A DNA stretch of 62,803 bases, the filler included, from Chiloscyllium plagiosum (Eukaryota): NCBI RefSeq assembly GCF_004010195.1. It is 4 parts of one record of this genome, joined end to end, with 100 filler letters (N's around TTAATTAATTAA, not from the genome) between each part and the next. Parts side by side here need not be neighbours in the genome. Positions count along the whole stretch, not along the records: positions 49,005 to 61,647 come from NC_057714.1; positions 61,748 to 62,803 come from NC_057714.1; 2 more parts are not named here. The stretch is one strand, 5' to 3'. Every line of letters begins with the position of its first letter. Within the stretch, counting starts at the first letter, position 1. A program made the position numbers and the translations under genes. Positions 49,153-61,849 of this stretch are shown here, piece by piece. The notes under the pieces were generated by a model. That model was not told the DNA's origin. It did not search any database and saw only the letters and a list, made by a program, of their open reading frames with translations.

Positions 49153-51641
49153 AAACCTCTAACTTCTGATTCAGAGGGGAGTGTGCTTCCAGCTAAGTCC
49201 CAACTAGCACTACCCAAACAAAGCTTTATTTTCCTGTCCCCAAAAGGAAAAGAGTGTGCAATCATTACAGGAAAGAAATAATGACCTACAGCATGGGAAC
49301 AAAGTGCTTGTAAATTAACAAGGATGTAAAACTATTCAGAAATCTGGTTACCCTGGGGATTTCAGTTTGAAAACCAGTTGCATGTGCCAAGGTAAACCGG
49401 TCAGCAATGATGCAAGCAGTGAGTGAGATTGATGGAATGACCTTTTTGCAACCTTTTGTTTAGTTCCGTGCTGTAAACTTAAAAACTAATGATGTAAAAG
49501 CGCATGAGCTGCAGCAGATGCAAGTGGAAGTGTTTTCCCCAATCAAAGTTCTATCCCCATGTGTAACTTTTGCTATGAAATACTGGCAAAACCTATTTAT
49601 CACAATCGGCACTGAAATATCCGACGCAATAAATCAAGAAAGCCAATTTAACTAACTAGCAGTAATACATTTGTTGATCTTTGAAGCTGTAATTCCATTG
49701 GAAAGACTTCTTGAGCAGCTTGGGGTAGGCAATAAATTGAAGACCACTTCTGTGAATGAGTATTTTTTTTAAAAAACTTGCTGAAGTGTAAAGCCATTCT
49801 GCAATGGCTTTAGCAGGAAATTGCAAGTGAATTTGGGTTGAAGACGTTACTTCCTCAATTGCTGTACCTACCGCCCAAGGTCACAGAAAGAACCTGAGGT
49901 GGTGACCTGAACTCAATTGAAAGCGATTGATTGCTAAGCACTGATTTTAATAAAAGGACAAGCTCATGGACAGATTGCTGAGCAAGCTGAGTCTTCAAGT
50001 AAATTCACCAAATTGAATCTGAGCTGGAAATGTGTGTGTGAAATAGAATTCAGGAAAGGTATGGAAAGTCCTCATCACTGATGTAGTGACCAGATCAAAC
50101 TCCATTTTACTGCTTGGAGTTCAGGGATTTGCATGTGTTTCTCCCCCTGTTTTTCAATGAAAATCATATATCACTGATGTTGCCTGCTAGGCATTAGTAA
50201 ATTCCTCTTCTGGTGGAAGAAATAATGCTGCCATGTGTGTCTCTCCTCTTGGCCGTGAATAAAATATAACTCTGATCCAGTAACCACCGTGGGAAGGTTG
50301 TTAGACCACCATGGCCTCTCTGACCCCCTCAGACATTAGTGTCTGTCGACTGCGTGTTCAAAGCAAAAAGTTATCAATTTTCACTTTGCCAATGTCTGAA
50401 CTATTCATCCGTGAAGTGCATTCATGAAAGAGAATAGACTACGAGTGATTACGTTTGTTTCAGTCCTGAAAACTGCATTGTGTGCGAATGTGCAGTTCAG
50501 TACTAAACATTAACTGGGGATGAACAATAAATGGATTACTGTACTATGCTTTTTCTGTGAATCACTGGCTTAAAAAATACCTGGAGAGTTGCTATGTTTG
50601 AAAGAAAATGCTTTGGACTGCAGATTTGACATTGGTGTGACTGTTAATGTTGCCAATGCTTTGTCTTAAAACAAAATTGCATGTCCAAAATGCCAGACTT
50701 AGAGTGTAGCTGGAGCCTTTGGATGTATTAAAAGCAGAGGCTGGAATGAGGCCAATATTGAAATACTGATATTGTGCTGGTTGGCACGATATACAAGTGA
50801 GTGCAACGTGGTTGCTGTGTTTCCTCCATAACAGTAGTGATTATACTGCAAAGATACTTGACTAGTTGTAAAGTGCTTGGAGCCATTCTGAATTTCTGAA
50901 AAGACCTTTTTTTTAACTTAAGTGCCATGTACTTTTGCATTTATTTTGGAAAATATTTAATGGACTTCAAACAAATAGAAGAGAACAGCTGAAGGTCATA
51001 GGTTGGGGTCAGTTGGTAAATATGTGGAGCAGCAGTAGAGGTATTCAAGGAGAAAAATACATAGATAGCTATGAAATGCAATCAAGAAACGTTTAGACTG
51101 ATGCAGCAATGCAAATTTTAATAAATTGACTCATGGGATGTGGGCATCGATGGCTGGGCCAGATTTTACTGCTCATCCTTGATTGTCCTTGAGAAGGTGG
51201 TTGTAAGCTGCCTTCTTAAACCACTACAGTCCATGAGCTTTAAGTAAACCCACAATGCTGTTAGAAAAGGAGTTTCAAGATTTTAACCCAATGGCGCTGA
51301 AGGAATGATGATATATTTCCAAGTCAAGATGCTGAGTGACTTGGAGGGGAACTTGCTTGTGCTGGTGTTCCCATGTGTTTGCTGACCTGGTCTTTCTAGG
51401 TGGTTGTGGGTTTCGAAGGCACTTTCTGATGAGACTTGGTAAGTTTCTGCAGTAGTTTGTACACACTGCTGCTACTGAGCATTGATGGTGAAGGATGTGG
51501 ATGTGGTGCCAATCAAATTGACTGCTTTGTCCTGGATGGTGTCAAGCTGCTTGAGCATATTTGGAGTTCCAGGCAAGAGAGGAATGTTCCGTCACACTCC
51601 TGATTAGAGCCTTTGTGATGAACAGGCTTTGGGAATAAGGA

Positions 51642-51834
51642 GGAGAAAGTGACGACTGCAGATGCTGGAGATCAGAGCTGAAAATGTATTGCTGGAAAAG
51701 CGCAGCAGGTCAGGCAGCATCCAAGGAGCAGGACAATCGACGTTTCCTGAAGAAGGGCTCATGCCCGAAACGTTGATTCTCCTGCTTCTTGGATGCTGCC
51801 TGACCTGCTGCGCTTTTCCAGCAACACATTTTCA
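51642..51834. mobile_element. Palindromic PLE insertion
   Basis: 16-bp TSD GCTTTGGGAATAAGGA (51626-51641, 51835-51850); long inverted arms. Confidence 0.9.
51744..51778 (+). ncRNA. Minimal hammerhead motif with intact core
   Basis: TTC-CTGAAGA(51747-51753)-A-GGGC-TCAT-GCCC-GAAAC-GTT-GATT. Confidence 0.72.
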
Positions 51835-52769
51835 GCTTTGGGAATAAGGAAAGTTACTTGCGACAAGATTCCTAGCCTCTAACCAGCTGTTGTAGCCATT
51901 GCATTTGAATGGCAGTCTAGTTGGGTTTCTGATAGATAGTAACCCCCACGATGTTGATAGTCGGGGATTCAGTGATAGGGGATTCAGTGATAGGGGATGT
52001 CAGGTGGCAATGGTTAGTTTGGAGATGGTCAATGCCTGGCATTTGCTATGGCAAATGTTACTTGTCACTTTTCTGGACATGAAATGTTTCAGTTTGGTTG
52101 AAATTTGACTTTCCCTTGCAGCAATAGGTCAGTTTCATCAACACTGCATGTTAGTAATGACTACTGTCCACCCTTGATGTTTTTTAATTCACTTGTGGAG
52201 ATATGGGCATTGTTGGCTGGATTAGCATTTGATTCAGTATAATATCTTGCGCTGAGGATACCTAGCCGCAATGGAAAGGCATTAAGTTACTGAGAGATGA
52301 TGAGTTTTCAATTTCCATGAATCCACGCTACTCTTTATTTTCTAAGCTGATCTGGTTTTGCAGCCACCTGGGAAAGTGCTGTTACTAACTATGACCAGAA
52401 ATTGATTTAAATTTTATATAAAGCCCATTCCAATTAGGAGCGGAAGTGTCTTCTTTTATAGACGGAAAGGGCTTTTCCAGCACCAAGTAACACAAAAGTC
52501 TTTTTTGTAAGCAGCTACCAGTTCATATAACGTAATTGGAGTGAGAAATTACTGCACATTTACACATGTATTTGAAATAATGGCGGCCTTTAGCTCAGAA
52601 TGTTCCCCCCCCACCACAAACTCTCCTTATCCACCACAGTTAAAGCCACGTCAGATCTCCTACACCCCCGTGACTTATTTCTGCTAGTAATCAATTTGGA
52701 ACCAATGATTGATGGAATTTGCAGAAGCTGATAAATTTTGAGAAATGAAAAGCTTTACTTGGTATTGCT

Positions 52770-53210
52770 CATGGTTCAATTAGTAAAACTCTTCCCTCAG
52801 AGTTAGAAGGTTGTGGGTTCAAATCCTAGAGAATGATTAGAGCAGGAAAAAAAAGCTGACACTCCACTGCAGTATTATGGGAATGCTGTACTGTTGATGT
52901 GTTATTTTACTGACAAAATGTTAAATTTAAACATCCATCTGACCCCTCAGATGGCTTAATAAATCCCTTAGCGCTATTTAAAAGAAAAACGGGGGAATCG
53001 TGCTGGTGTCCTGACCAATATTCATCTCTGAATCAGCATCATCTGGACATTGCCACATGTTTTCGTGAGCTTGTGGTGTGTCATTTGGCCTGCTACGTCT
53101 TCTGTGTTAAAAGTGATGGTTCTCCAAAGGTACTTTTTTGGCTGTAAAATGCTGTGAGGCATCTGTGGTTATTAAAGGCACTACACAGATGCAAATCTGT
53201 TTCTCTTTCC
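52770..53210 (+). mobile_element. Full-length old SacSINE1/DeuSINE-like element
   Basis: tRNA-like head (GGTTGTGGGTTCAAATCC), Deu-domain-like GGTGTCCTGACCAATATT, and L2-type tail (AAAGGCACTACACAGATGCAAATC); match is to recalled consensus. Confidence 0.7.
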
Positions 53211-54907
53211 TTTTTTTAAAAAAAATGTAGGCCCCTAAACAGCAAGATGTCATGCTTTCCTGCACATGATCAATGTTGTTTTCTGCATCCTGTCAGATTT
53301 GTCATCTGCATGTACGCAAAGGGTGAAATATCATGTTGCACACATGAAGTCTGCTTTTTATCAGCTGGTTTTCTTAGTCATCTGGTGCCTGCAAGAATAA
53401 AAGATGCTCACATTCTTTTAAAATGTAGTTTTAGAGTTTAATGGTTGAATGTCTCTTTGGGCGGTCTGTCAAGTGGATTCTTTTGGAGGCTGTTTGCTCC
53501 AGGAGAGGCCTGTTTGCTTCAAACTTTGGATCTTGGATATTTTTTGTTTTGTGTGGACAGTGTTTCAGGCTTAGTGTCAACTTTTACACACTTGTTAAAG
53601 AAAATTGTTGCCATAGTTCATTGCACACATTATCTTAGACTTGACTCCACGTGAAACTGCTTTGCTGGGAGGACATTTAAGTACTTACTATATCGTTCAA
53701 TCATTTTGCATTTTATGGGATTTATAGGACAGGAAAGGCCATTCAATCCAAATAGTCTTTGCTGATCGTAATACGCCATACAAAACGTCTCCTGTTTTAC
53801 TTGCTCATCTCCATCTTTCAGCATTTCTTTTGATGCCCTTTTCTCTCTGCACTCATCTAATTTCATTTTGGAAGGATCAAAACCATTTGCCCTAATCACT
53901 TCCATGGAAACATGACCCACATTGTAACTGCTTCTGAGTAAAAGTCCCTTTCTTTCCCAAATGGATTTATTAGTTCAGGAAGAGTGCTTCAAATTTGGTT
54001 CCGCAAAAACTGGATATTTACATAAACTTTCGCGGATCAATTATAATCGAGTGAAATAAAAAAAATTTACTTGGACAATTCAATTCGGCCCTGTATTAGT
54101 ACTATCTGGCCCCACACGAGTTATTAGCTTCACACACTGCTGTATGCTGTGCTTCAAGTGATCCTTGTCCGCACCTGACCCATCTTGACCTGAACTGCCA
54201 ATGACGTGGCCCACTCGGTTGCCCAACTTTGATCCTGAGAGACATAGATCTAAGGCACTGTGCCTGTAGCTATTTCAGATTTATGGCCCCAAGTTTTGGA
54301 TTCCATCCCAAGTGAAAACATTTACTCCAAATTTACTCTGTCCAGTCCATTCAGAATTTCAGCCCATAAGGTTCCCTTTAAGCCATCTTTTTCCAAAAAT
54401 AAAGATCATCACTCATTCATAAGAGGTTGTAAATGCCATTGTTCTGGTACAATCTTTTGTAAATCTTCTTTGCACTTTCTTCAATCTTTATATATTGTTT
54501 TTAGTATGGAGACCACAAAACTGCACAGAATACTTAATGTGCAGCCTTTCCAGAGCTTGTATAAACTTATCAAAACTTTGCCACATTGAATTTTGTTTGT
54601 GGACTGCCTTTCTAACTGAGGAATAGTTAATGGCATTAATATTCTGTTTTGAGGAATAGTTTGTATTGAAACTTAATGATGCATTGGTTATGTTGTATTC
54701 TTGCTAATGCATGTATGATTATCAAGAATGTAAGCTTCTAATTGAAACTGAGAGTTGTTATTACTGCAGCCAAATGACCATCTTAATATTTAAGCCCAGC
54801 CACTTTGAGCATATCGGTTAATTCCAGCTCCCTCCTCACGAAACATCTATTTGTGCAGATGTTACTAGTCACCACCTCACCTCTCACAAGTGATGAAAAT
54901 TCTTAAA

Positions 54908-55030
54908 GTGAAATACTGCAGATATTGGAAATTTTAAATAGAATCAGAAAATGTGAGATAGTCAGGAAATCTGGCAACATTTATAGGGGGAGAAATAGTA
55001 CGTTTCCTGTTTTTGACCTGCCGTCAGAAT
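54908..55030 (-). mobile_element. Old PLE pLTR fragment
   Basis: AATACTGCAGATATTGGAAA... ending ACGTTTCC...GACCTGCCGTCAGAAT, a decayed hammerhead. Confidence 0.5.
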
Positions 55031-56561
55031 GTAGCCTTTGGATCCTGGGCCTTCATCAGTTCCAATTCCAAGGCTGATATTTCATGACAAGGAACATCAA
55101 TTACACTACAAGTGTTCCCGATGTATGCATATCCAAATTGCGAATGCCAATCCCATACAGATATCCGATGTATGAATATTTCCTGTACTTATGAACTGTA
55201 GCTTTGTATTGTCCTGCATTTGGTTTTGACTTGTGTACAAATTGACTTGCAAACAGACTCTGAACCCCTTTGTAACCCGGGAAATATTTGTATTTTTGCT
55301 CATATTACCTTGAAATATTAAAAATCCTACTCTGCATTCTACTTGATAGTGATACCATCTACATTCTGTTTTGATAGTCACTGGCCATCAGTGTCTTTTG
55401 GAAAATGCAGTGCCACTTTTAACTGCCCCTTCATCTGTAAAGTGAAGGCAATGTGAGAAGTTAGGAACTGTTTGATCCTTTGTTATAATAGCAACAGCCT
55501 GACCATTTTCATTGTCTTTTGCTGCTCTCAGTGTAATCATTAGATTTTTTTGAATAATTGCTGCCCACCTCACAACCTGTTGAAACAATGTGCCAAAATA
55601 CAGTTACCAGACTTGTGAAATGATTAGATTTCTGTGTAGTGAGAGAATAATTTAGAATTCCATTCTTACTCTATTGGAACTGATTCAGGCTCAAGATCCA
55701 GAGGTTACATTGTGATGGCAGGTCAAAAATCCAGAATGCATTTGAAATTTTTATTTGTGTTGATACAATTCCACTTAATCATTGTATCGTTTGTAAAATT
55801 GTCGTAGATGGTTTAAACATTCCTTAAAAGATTCTTTGGTTTCTCCAGCGAGGAATTTGCAAATTCCATGTTAATTCTCACTGTGCACTCGTGATGGCTA
55901 TGAAACACAAATATCTTTGTGGGGTTTTGGTTAAGACAGTGGGGTTGAATTTACGGGGCTCACTGAAGCACAATAGAAGTTGTAAGTGGAGTGAAATATC
56001 TGGAAGGAACATGGAGGTTGGAGGAACCTTTGCATTCCTGTTGCGCTGGCATTTAGCAAGAACAACCTTCCTGCCCAGGGGCAAATGGTCCCACTTGCAG
56101 CCTGTGCTATGTGGAAAGCTCTGTTAAACTCGGGAAGCCTCCCTGCATGTTTGAGGTGTGAGGATTGCACATTCTGTGATCAGTGATCATGGCTACATCT
56201 GTGCTAATGACCCAATGCCTTCAGCAACCATGCAGCCAGGTTCCTCCTCAGCAAGACCTGCCTGACTGGCCTCTGGGATGCCTGACACCTATTCATTTGC
56301 TTGTCTATCTACGAGCCTCTCAGCAAGGTGTAATTTGAGCAGTAGCCACTGTTCCTGGTAGTGCTGTTGGGACTAAAGAGCTGCCAGCCCTCATTTTGAT
56401 CAGCCCATTAGCTGCAAGAAAGCACAAAGAAATTGGCCGGGCCTGCCCCCAAATAGCTGAGTTGGGTCAGTCCAATTGCCTCGTGACCAGATCCAGCCCA
56501 GCGTGTATAGGGGTTTTAGTCCTATGTCAAACTCTATTTTATCTGCCCTACTTTATGCTGC

Positions 56562-56830
56562 ACTTTTTATTCATTCACAGGACGTGGGCGTTGCTAGCTA
56601 GGGCCAGCATTTAATGCCCATTCTCTAATTATCTACAGGGCAGTTAAGAGTCAGCCACATTGCTGTGGGTCTGGAGTCAAGTGTAAATCAGAAGAGGAAA
56701 GGACATGAGTGAACCAGATGGGACTTTTCCAACATTCGACAAAGGGTACAGGGTCATCAATAGATAACTAATTCTAGACTTCTACTGAAACCAAATCCCA
56801 TCAACTGGGTCTGCGATAGTACCACCTTCC
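56562..56830 (-). mobile_element. SINE sharing its 3' tail with the second LINE family
   Basis: First ~65 nt match 51128-51190; internal part resembles 35325-35510. Confidence 0.55.
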
Positions 56831-57564
56831 CTTACTGAAGACAAAAAAATCGCAAGGAGAGTTTCATAAGTTTCCAACACAAAATTTACTGAGAGTAATG
56901 GATGAATGGGTCTATGTGATGGGAATCAATTTGGGGAACTGCAGAAACACGTGTTTGTTAGTTCTGTTAGTTTTATAGCAATAAACTGAGTGTGTGCAGA
57001 TAACTGTACAGCACCCAAGTAAGTGATTGGGAAAACTGTATTCAAAAACAGTTTTTTAAACAATTTTAACAGGTTAGATGTTCGAAGAACTTGCCAACAT
57101 TTTTCTTTGGAAATGGATCTCTGCTGACCTTTAATGAATTCAATAAGTGAATAGCGTCTGTCGATCACAGTGTATAAGTCGATCTTTGAAACCTCAAACA
57201 GCCATCCCAAAAATGGGTCAGCTTGTACACTGAGTATAAAATGTGAATTGTGGTGACACTGGTCAGCATTTTGAAATATGGGGAAAACCCACAAATATTT
57301 CAAGTAAATAATATGGCATCTTTGATTGTATGAATTCATTAAGTGTATGTTTACCACAAATAAAATGTTTTAGAAAAAGTCAAGCCCTTTGTCTTTAGGA
57401 TCCAATACAAAAAGTTAATCAAATTCATTCTGAGATACATTAGCTATGGTATCATCACAATGATCTCACTCTGAATCAGATGCGGTACTTTCGGTTTCAG
57501 AATCATATATCCAGAACAAATCCACTTCCTCTCCATCCATTAAATTGGATATTCTACACTTTTA

Positions 57565-57772
57565 GGAGAAAGTGAGGACTGCAGATGCTGAAGATCAGAG
57601 TTGAAAAATGTGTTGCTGGAAAAGCGCAGCAGGTCAGGAGCTCCCTACCTTTTTACCTCAGCCTGCTTGGCACACCTTCCTCATTCCTGAAGAAGGGCTT
57701 ATGCCCGAAATGTCGATTCTCCTGCTACTTGGATGCTGCCTGACCTGCTGCACTTTTCCAGCAACATATTTT
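57565..57772. mobile_element. PLE insertion with hammerhead (57683-57718, + strand)
   Basis: ATTC-CTGAAGA-A-GGGC-TTAT-GCCC-GAAAT-GTC-GATT; imperfect TSD TATTCTACACTTTT/TATTCAGCACTTTT. Confidence 0.85.
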
Positions 57773-58007
57773 TCTATTCAGCACTTTTGTGCATTAATAA
57801 CAACCCACTGTTTGACGATGAAAACCATGCAGCCCATCAAACGAAGCAGCAAGTGCATTTCCACTGTCTATCCAGGGTTTTTCTCCATCAACCCACCATT
57901 GAATGCAAAAGTGATCTTCAATATTATTTTTTTTTTGAGTCATGCATCCAAAGCTTGAACTACTGACCTTAATCACCTGACATTACTGTTTTGGCTTATA
58001 TGGGATT

Positions 58008-58218
58008 GTAGGGTTTGGTTAGCTCGGTTGGCTGGAAGGCAGGTTTGTGATGCAGAATGATGCCAAAAGTGCGGGTTCAATTGCTGTAGCTGCTGAGGTT
58101 ACTGTGAAGGATTCTCTTTCTCAGCCTCTCCCCTTGCCTGAGTTGTGGTAACTCTCAGGTTTGAACTCTACCAGCCTCCATTTTCCCTAATGAGAGGACA
58201 TCTCTATGGTCTGGATTG
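58008..58218 (+). mobile_element. tRNA-derived SINE, family not determined
   Basis: A box TAGCTCGGTTGG and B box GGGTTCAATT; interrupts the pogo fossil. Confidence 0.6.
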
Positions 58219-58895
58219 AAATCTGTCCTGCACTAATAAGCTACCTTCTTTAGCTGAGTTAGTGTGACAGATATTCCATGCATTTCCTATACCTCACTCC
58301 ATCATTATCCATCCAACTTTTGTCATGGACATGTACAGAATCTCCTGCTGAGAACTTGAATGTCAGCATGGTTTTATGTTTAAAAATTCCCATAAGCTTT
58401 CCTTTTGTTCCATTGACCATGCAGGCTTGTACCACAGTGGATCTTGTTGTTTCGTGACCTGTTGTTTTCATTCGAACTTTACCACTCTGTAGTTCAGCTG
58501 CTGAGCATATCAACATTCACGGTTCCTCCATGTTGCTGATATGACCTAATAGGTGCTTGAGTTTCTGCTGCTGTTTTGATGATGAATCGCTGAAAACTGG
58601 TCATTTTGGCATTGAGGACTTTTGGTAGTTTCTGAGCAACCCTGGTCTTCTGTTAAAACATGATACATAATTTTTGGTGATGAAGTAACCAGGAAACATA
58701 TTAATGTATGCTTCTTAAAATCAGACCAGTGGATAGTTTCCTGGTGCATTTGGCATTGGGTGTCTTCATCTTCCATTCTTGAACCAGTTTTTCATTAACA
58801 CCAAATTCTCTTGCTGCAGTTCAGTTATCTGACAGTTTAGCAAATGATGTGCCTTTTGGCTTTATGTTTAATTATTTTTGCCGACTGACCCGCTA

Positions 58896-59190
58896 GGGCA
58901 GCATGGCGGCTCAGTGGTTAGCACTGCTGCCTCACAGCCGCAGGGACCCAAGTTCGAAACCAGCCTCGGGTGACTGTCTGTGTGGAGTTGGCAAATTCTC
59001 CCTGTGTCCGTGTGCGTTTCTTCTGGGTGCTCCCGTTTCCTCCCTCAGTCCAAAGATGTGCGGGTCAGGTGAATTAGGTGTTAGGTGCAGAAGTCAGAGG
59101 GAAATGGGTCTGGGTGGGTTACTCTTTGGAGGGTCGGTGTGGACTTGTTGGGCAAAATGGCCTGATTCCATACTGTAGGTAATCTAATCT
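58896..59190 (+). mobile_element. HE1 SINE
   Basis: tRNA-like head, HE1 body, AATCT tail. Confidence 0.9.
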
Positions 59191-59859
59191 GTTTGTTATT
59201 TTCTATGTGCAGATATAGAAAACGTAGAATATAAGAGCAGGAGTAGGCCATTTAGCCCTTGGAGCCTGTTCCACCATTATGTGTGGGTGTGCCTTCTACA
59301 CATCTCACTCGTATGACCTGTATTAATGTCTTTCTCAATATACCACCTTTATATGGCAAGTCAAACATCTATTATTGAGATTAAAAAAAAGTACAGGCTA
59401 ACTCCTAATGGGGGCATAGCAGTTCTTAGCCGTAAACATGGTCAGCTTATACCCCAAGTCAGGGCTTCAGCAAGATTTTTGACATCAATATAAAATGAGG
59501 CCAAGTCATTATGTGCTGTCATCTCCAGTAAAAGAACAAACCATTTCATTCACATCAAAGAAACCAGGCTGCTTGTTAAAGCAAATTCATTTGATCTTTT
59601 GATCAAAAGCCATGGTCCAAAATTAAGTAAGTAATTCACATGTAAAATAAGCCTCAGTCAGATTTACAGCTACCAAGGGAGAGAGTTCCAACAACCCACT
59701 CTCAAATGAGATGTGCCTTTCCCTGACTAAAAATATTAATTCTTCAGCAAACCTGAATGTACGCATTTGTAATAAAGATAAATCTATGTATTTGACTTCA
59801 TTTTTGCTTTTTGATTTCCTGTCTGCCAAGTTGGTGCGAGGTCACCGCCCACCTGTATT

Positions 59860-61075
59860 ATTGACCAGACACTCAGTGCCATCAGCCTTATAAATCCATG
59901 GCAACCAGAACATGTCAAGTATTTTGTATAAAGCGATTCGCCTCCTGGCTCTGCCAAGCCTTGCCTCTTCACTATCTCTCGGGTACATGACAGGGTGGGA
60001 TGGAATGTGCTCCATTTGCCTGGGTGAGTACAAGTGCATAAATACTCATGGAGCTGAGCACCATCCAGGATGTGGCAGTTTGATTCATTGGTTCTGTATC
60101 GACCACCTTAAGCATTTGCTTCCTCTACCAATGGTGCACAGTGGCTATGTTACCATCTGCAGGATGCATTGCAGAAAATGATCAGTACTTCTCTGATGGC
60201 ATCACCAAAACCCATGATTTGTACAATCACAAGAAGGGTGAAAAAACAATGTACATTTAGGTTCTCTATAACATGTGTTTCCTCAATGCGAACAACATTC
60301 AAGAAGCTTCACACCACCCAAGCCAAAGCAGTCCACTTGATTGGCACCACGTCCACAAACATTCACTCCCTCTTCCACCAATGCTGAGTAGTAGCAGTAT
60401 GTACCATCGTCAGGATACACTGCAGAAATTCACTCCATCTCCTTATACAGCACCTTCCAAATACATAGAGTCATATAGATGTACAGCATGGAAACAGACC
60501 GTTCAGTCCAATTTGTCCATGCTGGCCAGATATCCCAACCCAATCTAATTCCACCTGTCAGCACCCGGCCCATATCCCTCCAAACCCTTCCTATTCATAT
60601 ACCCATCCAAATGCCTCTTAAATGTTGCAATTTTATCAGCCTCCACCACTTCCTCTGTGTGAAAAAGTTGCCCCTTAGGTCTTTTTTATATTTTGCCCCT
60701 CTCACCCTAAATCTATGCCCTCTAGTTCTGGACTCTCTGACCCCAGGGAAAAGACTTTGCCTATTTACCCTATCCATGCCCCTCCCATGACCACTTCTAT
60801 CTCAAAGGACATGGGCAGCAGACACATGGGAATACCACCATCTGCAAAATTAACACCCAGACCACTCCCACCCTAACTTGGAAATGTATTGCCATTCCTA
60901 CAGTTGTTGGGTAAAAATCTTGACACCCCGTCCCTAATGACACCATGGGTTCGATCTACAGCACATGGAGTAGTGGTTCAAGATGGAGCTCACCAGTACC
61001 TTTTCGAGGGCAATTAGGGATAGTCAGTAAATGCTGGCACAGCGAGTGAACCAGGATCCTCTAAATGAATCAAAA
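59860..61075 (+). mobile_element. Second LINE family fragments with an inserted CR1/HER1 3' end (60463-60790, - strand)
   Basis: Similarity to 43740-44270; the insert encodes DRVNRQSLFPGV...TRGHRFRVRG. Confidence 0.75.
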
Positions 61076-61287
61076 ATTCATGAACAGCCTAGTTGATTAT
61101 TATTCCCAAAGTGATAAAGACTATTTTTGTCTTGTCTTAATGCTGCAACTAAAATCTGCTAACTCAACATTTGTACAGACAAAACAGGAACTTTTAAGAT
61201 TTGTATGATTTTCTGTAAAACATGGCAAATAATTTGACCTGGTATCTATGACCATCCTTTATTTTTGGGCAACAAGAATCCTGCATT

Positions 61288-61647
61288 AGACAATAGACAA
61301 GAGGTGCAGGAGTACGCCATTCTGCCCTTCGAGTCTGCACCACCATTCAATATGATCATGACTGATCATCCTTCATCAGTATCCTGTTCCTGCCTTATCT
61401 CCATAACCCTTGATTCCACTATCCTTGAGAGCTCTATCCAACTCTTTCTGAAATGAATCCAGAGACTGGGCCTCCACTGCCCTCTGGGGCAGAGCATTCC
61501 ACACAGCCACCACTCTCTGGGTGAAGAAGTTTCTCCTCATCTCTGTCCTAAATGGCCTACCCCGTATTTTTAAGCTTTGTCCTCTGGTTTGGCACTCACC
61601 CATCAGCGGAAACATGTTTCCTGCCTCCAGAATGTCCAATCCTTTAA
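61288..61647 (-). mobile_element. CR1 3' end
   Basis: TRGQSLKIRGRPFRTEMRRNFFTQRVVAVWNALP. Confidence 0.9.
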
Positions 61648-61747
61648 NNNNNNNNNNNNNNNNNNNNNNNNNNNNNNNNNNNNNNNNNNNNTTAATTAAT
61701 TAANNNNNNNNNNNNNNNNNNNNNNNNNNNNNNNNNNNNNNNNNNNN
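61648..61747. other. Artificial scaffold linker
   Basis: N44-TTAATTAATTAA-N44. Confidence 0.97.
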
Positions 61748-61849
61748 AACCCCTCCCCTCCCCCTTCCCTATCCCCTCCCCTCCCCCTTCCCTATCCTCT
61801 CCGCCTCCCCTATCCTCTCCCCTTCCCTATCCTCTCCCCATCCCCCATG

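Larger units (their letters stand above)
51128..52080 (-). mobile_element. Second CR1-clade LINE family fragment
   Basis: Reverse-complement similarity to 43480-44270. Confidence 0.8.
57165..59480 (-). mobile_element. Decayed pogo-superfamily (POGK-related) DNA transposon
   Basis: Minus-strand pieces AAREFGVNEKLVQEW (HTH), MKTTGHETTRSTVVQACMVNGTK...IFKHKT...HDKSWMD (DDE_1) and KCRISNLMDGEEVDLFW (C-terminus); GTATAAGTCGA-like subterminal motifs. Element ends are approximate. Confidence 0.75.

Noticed and set aside
57130..57230. Apparent minus-strand exon within ORF 56926-57357
   Set aside because: Overlaps the subterminal motifs of the pogo fossil, and the peptide is not recognisable.
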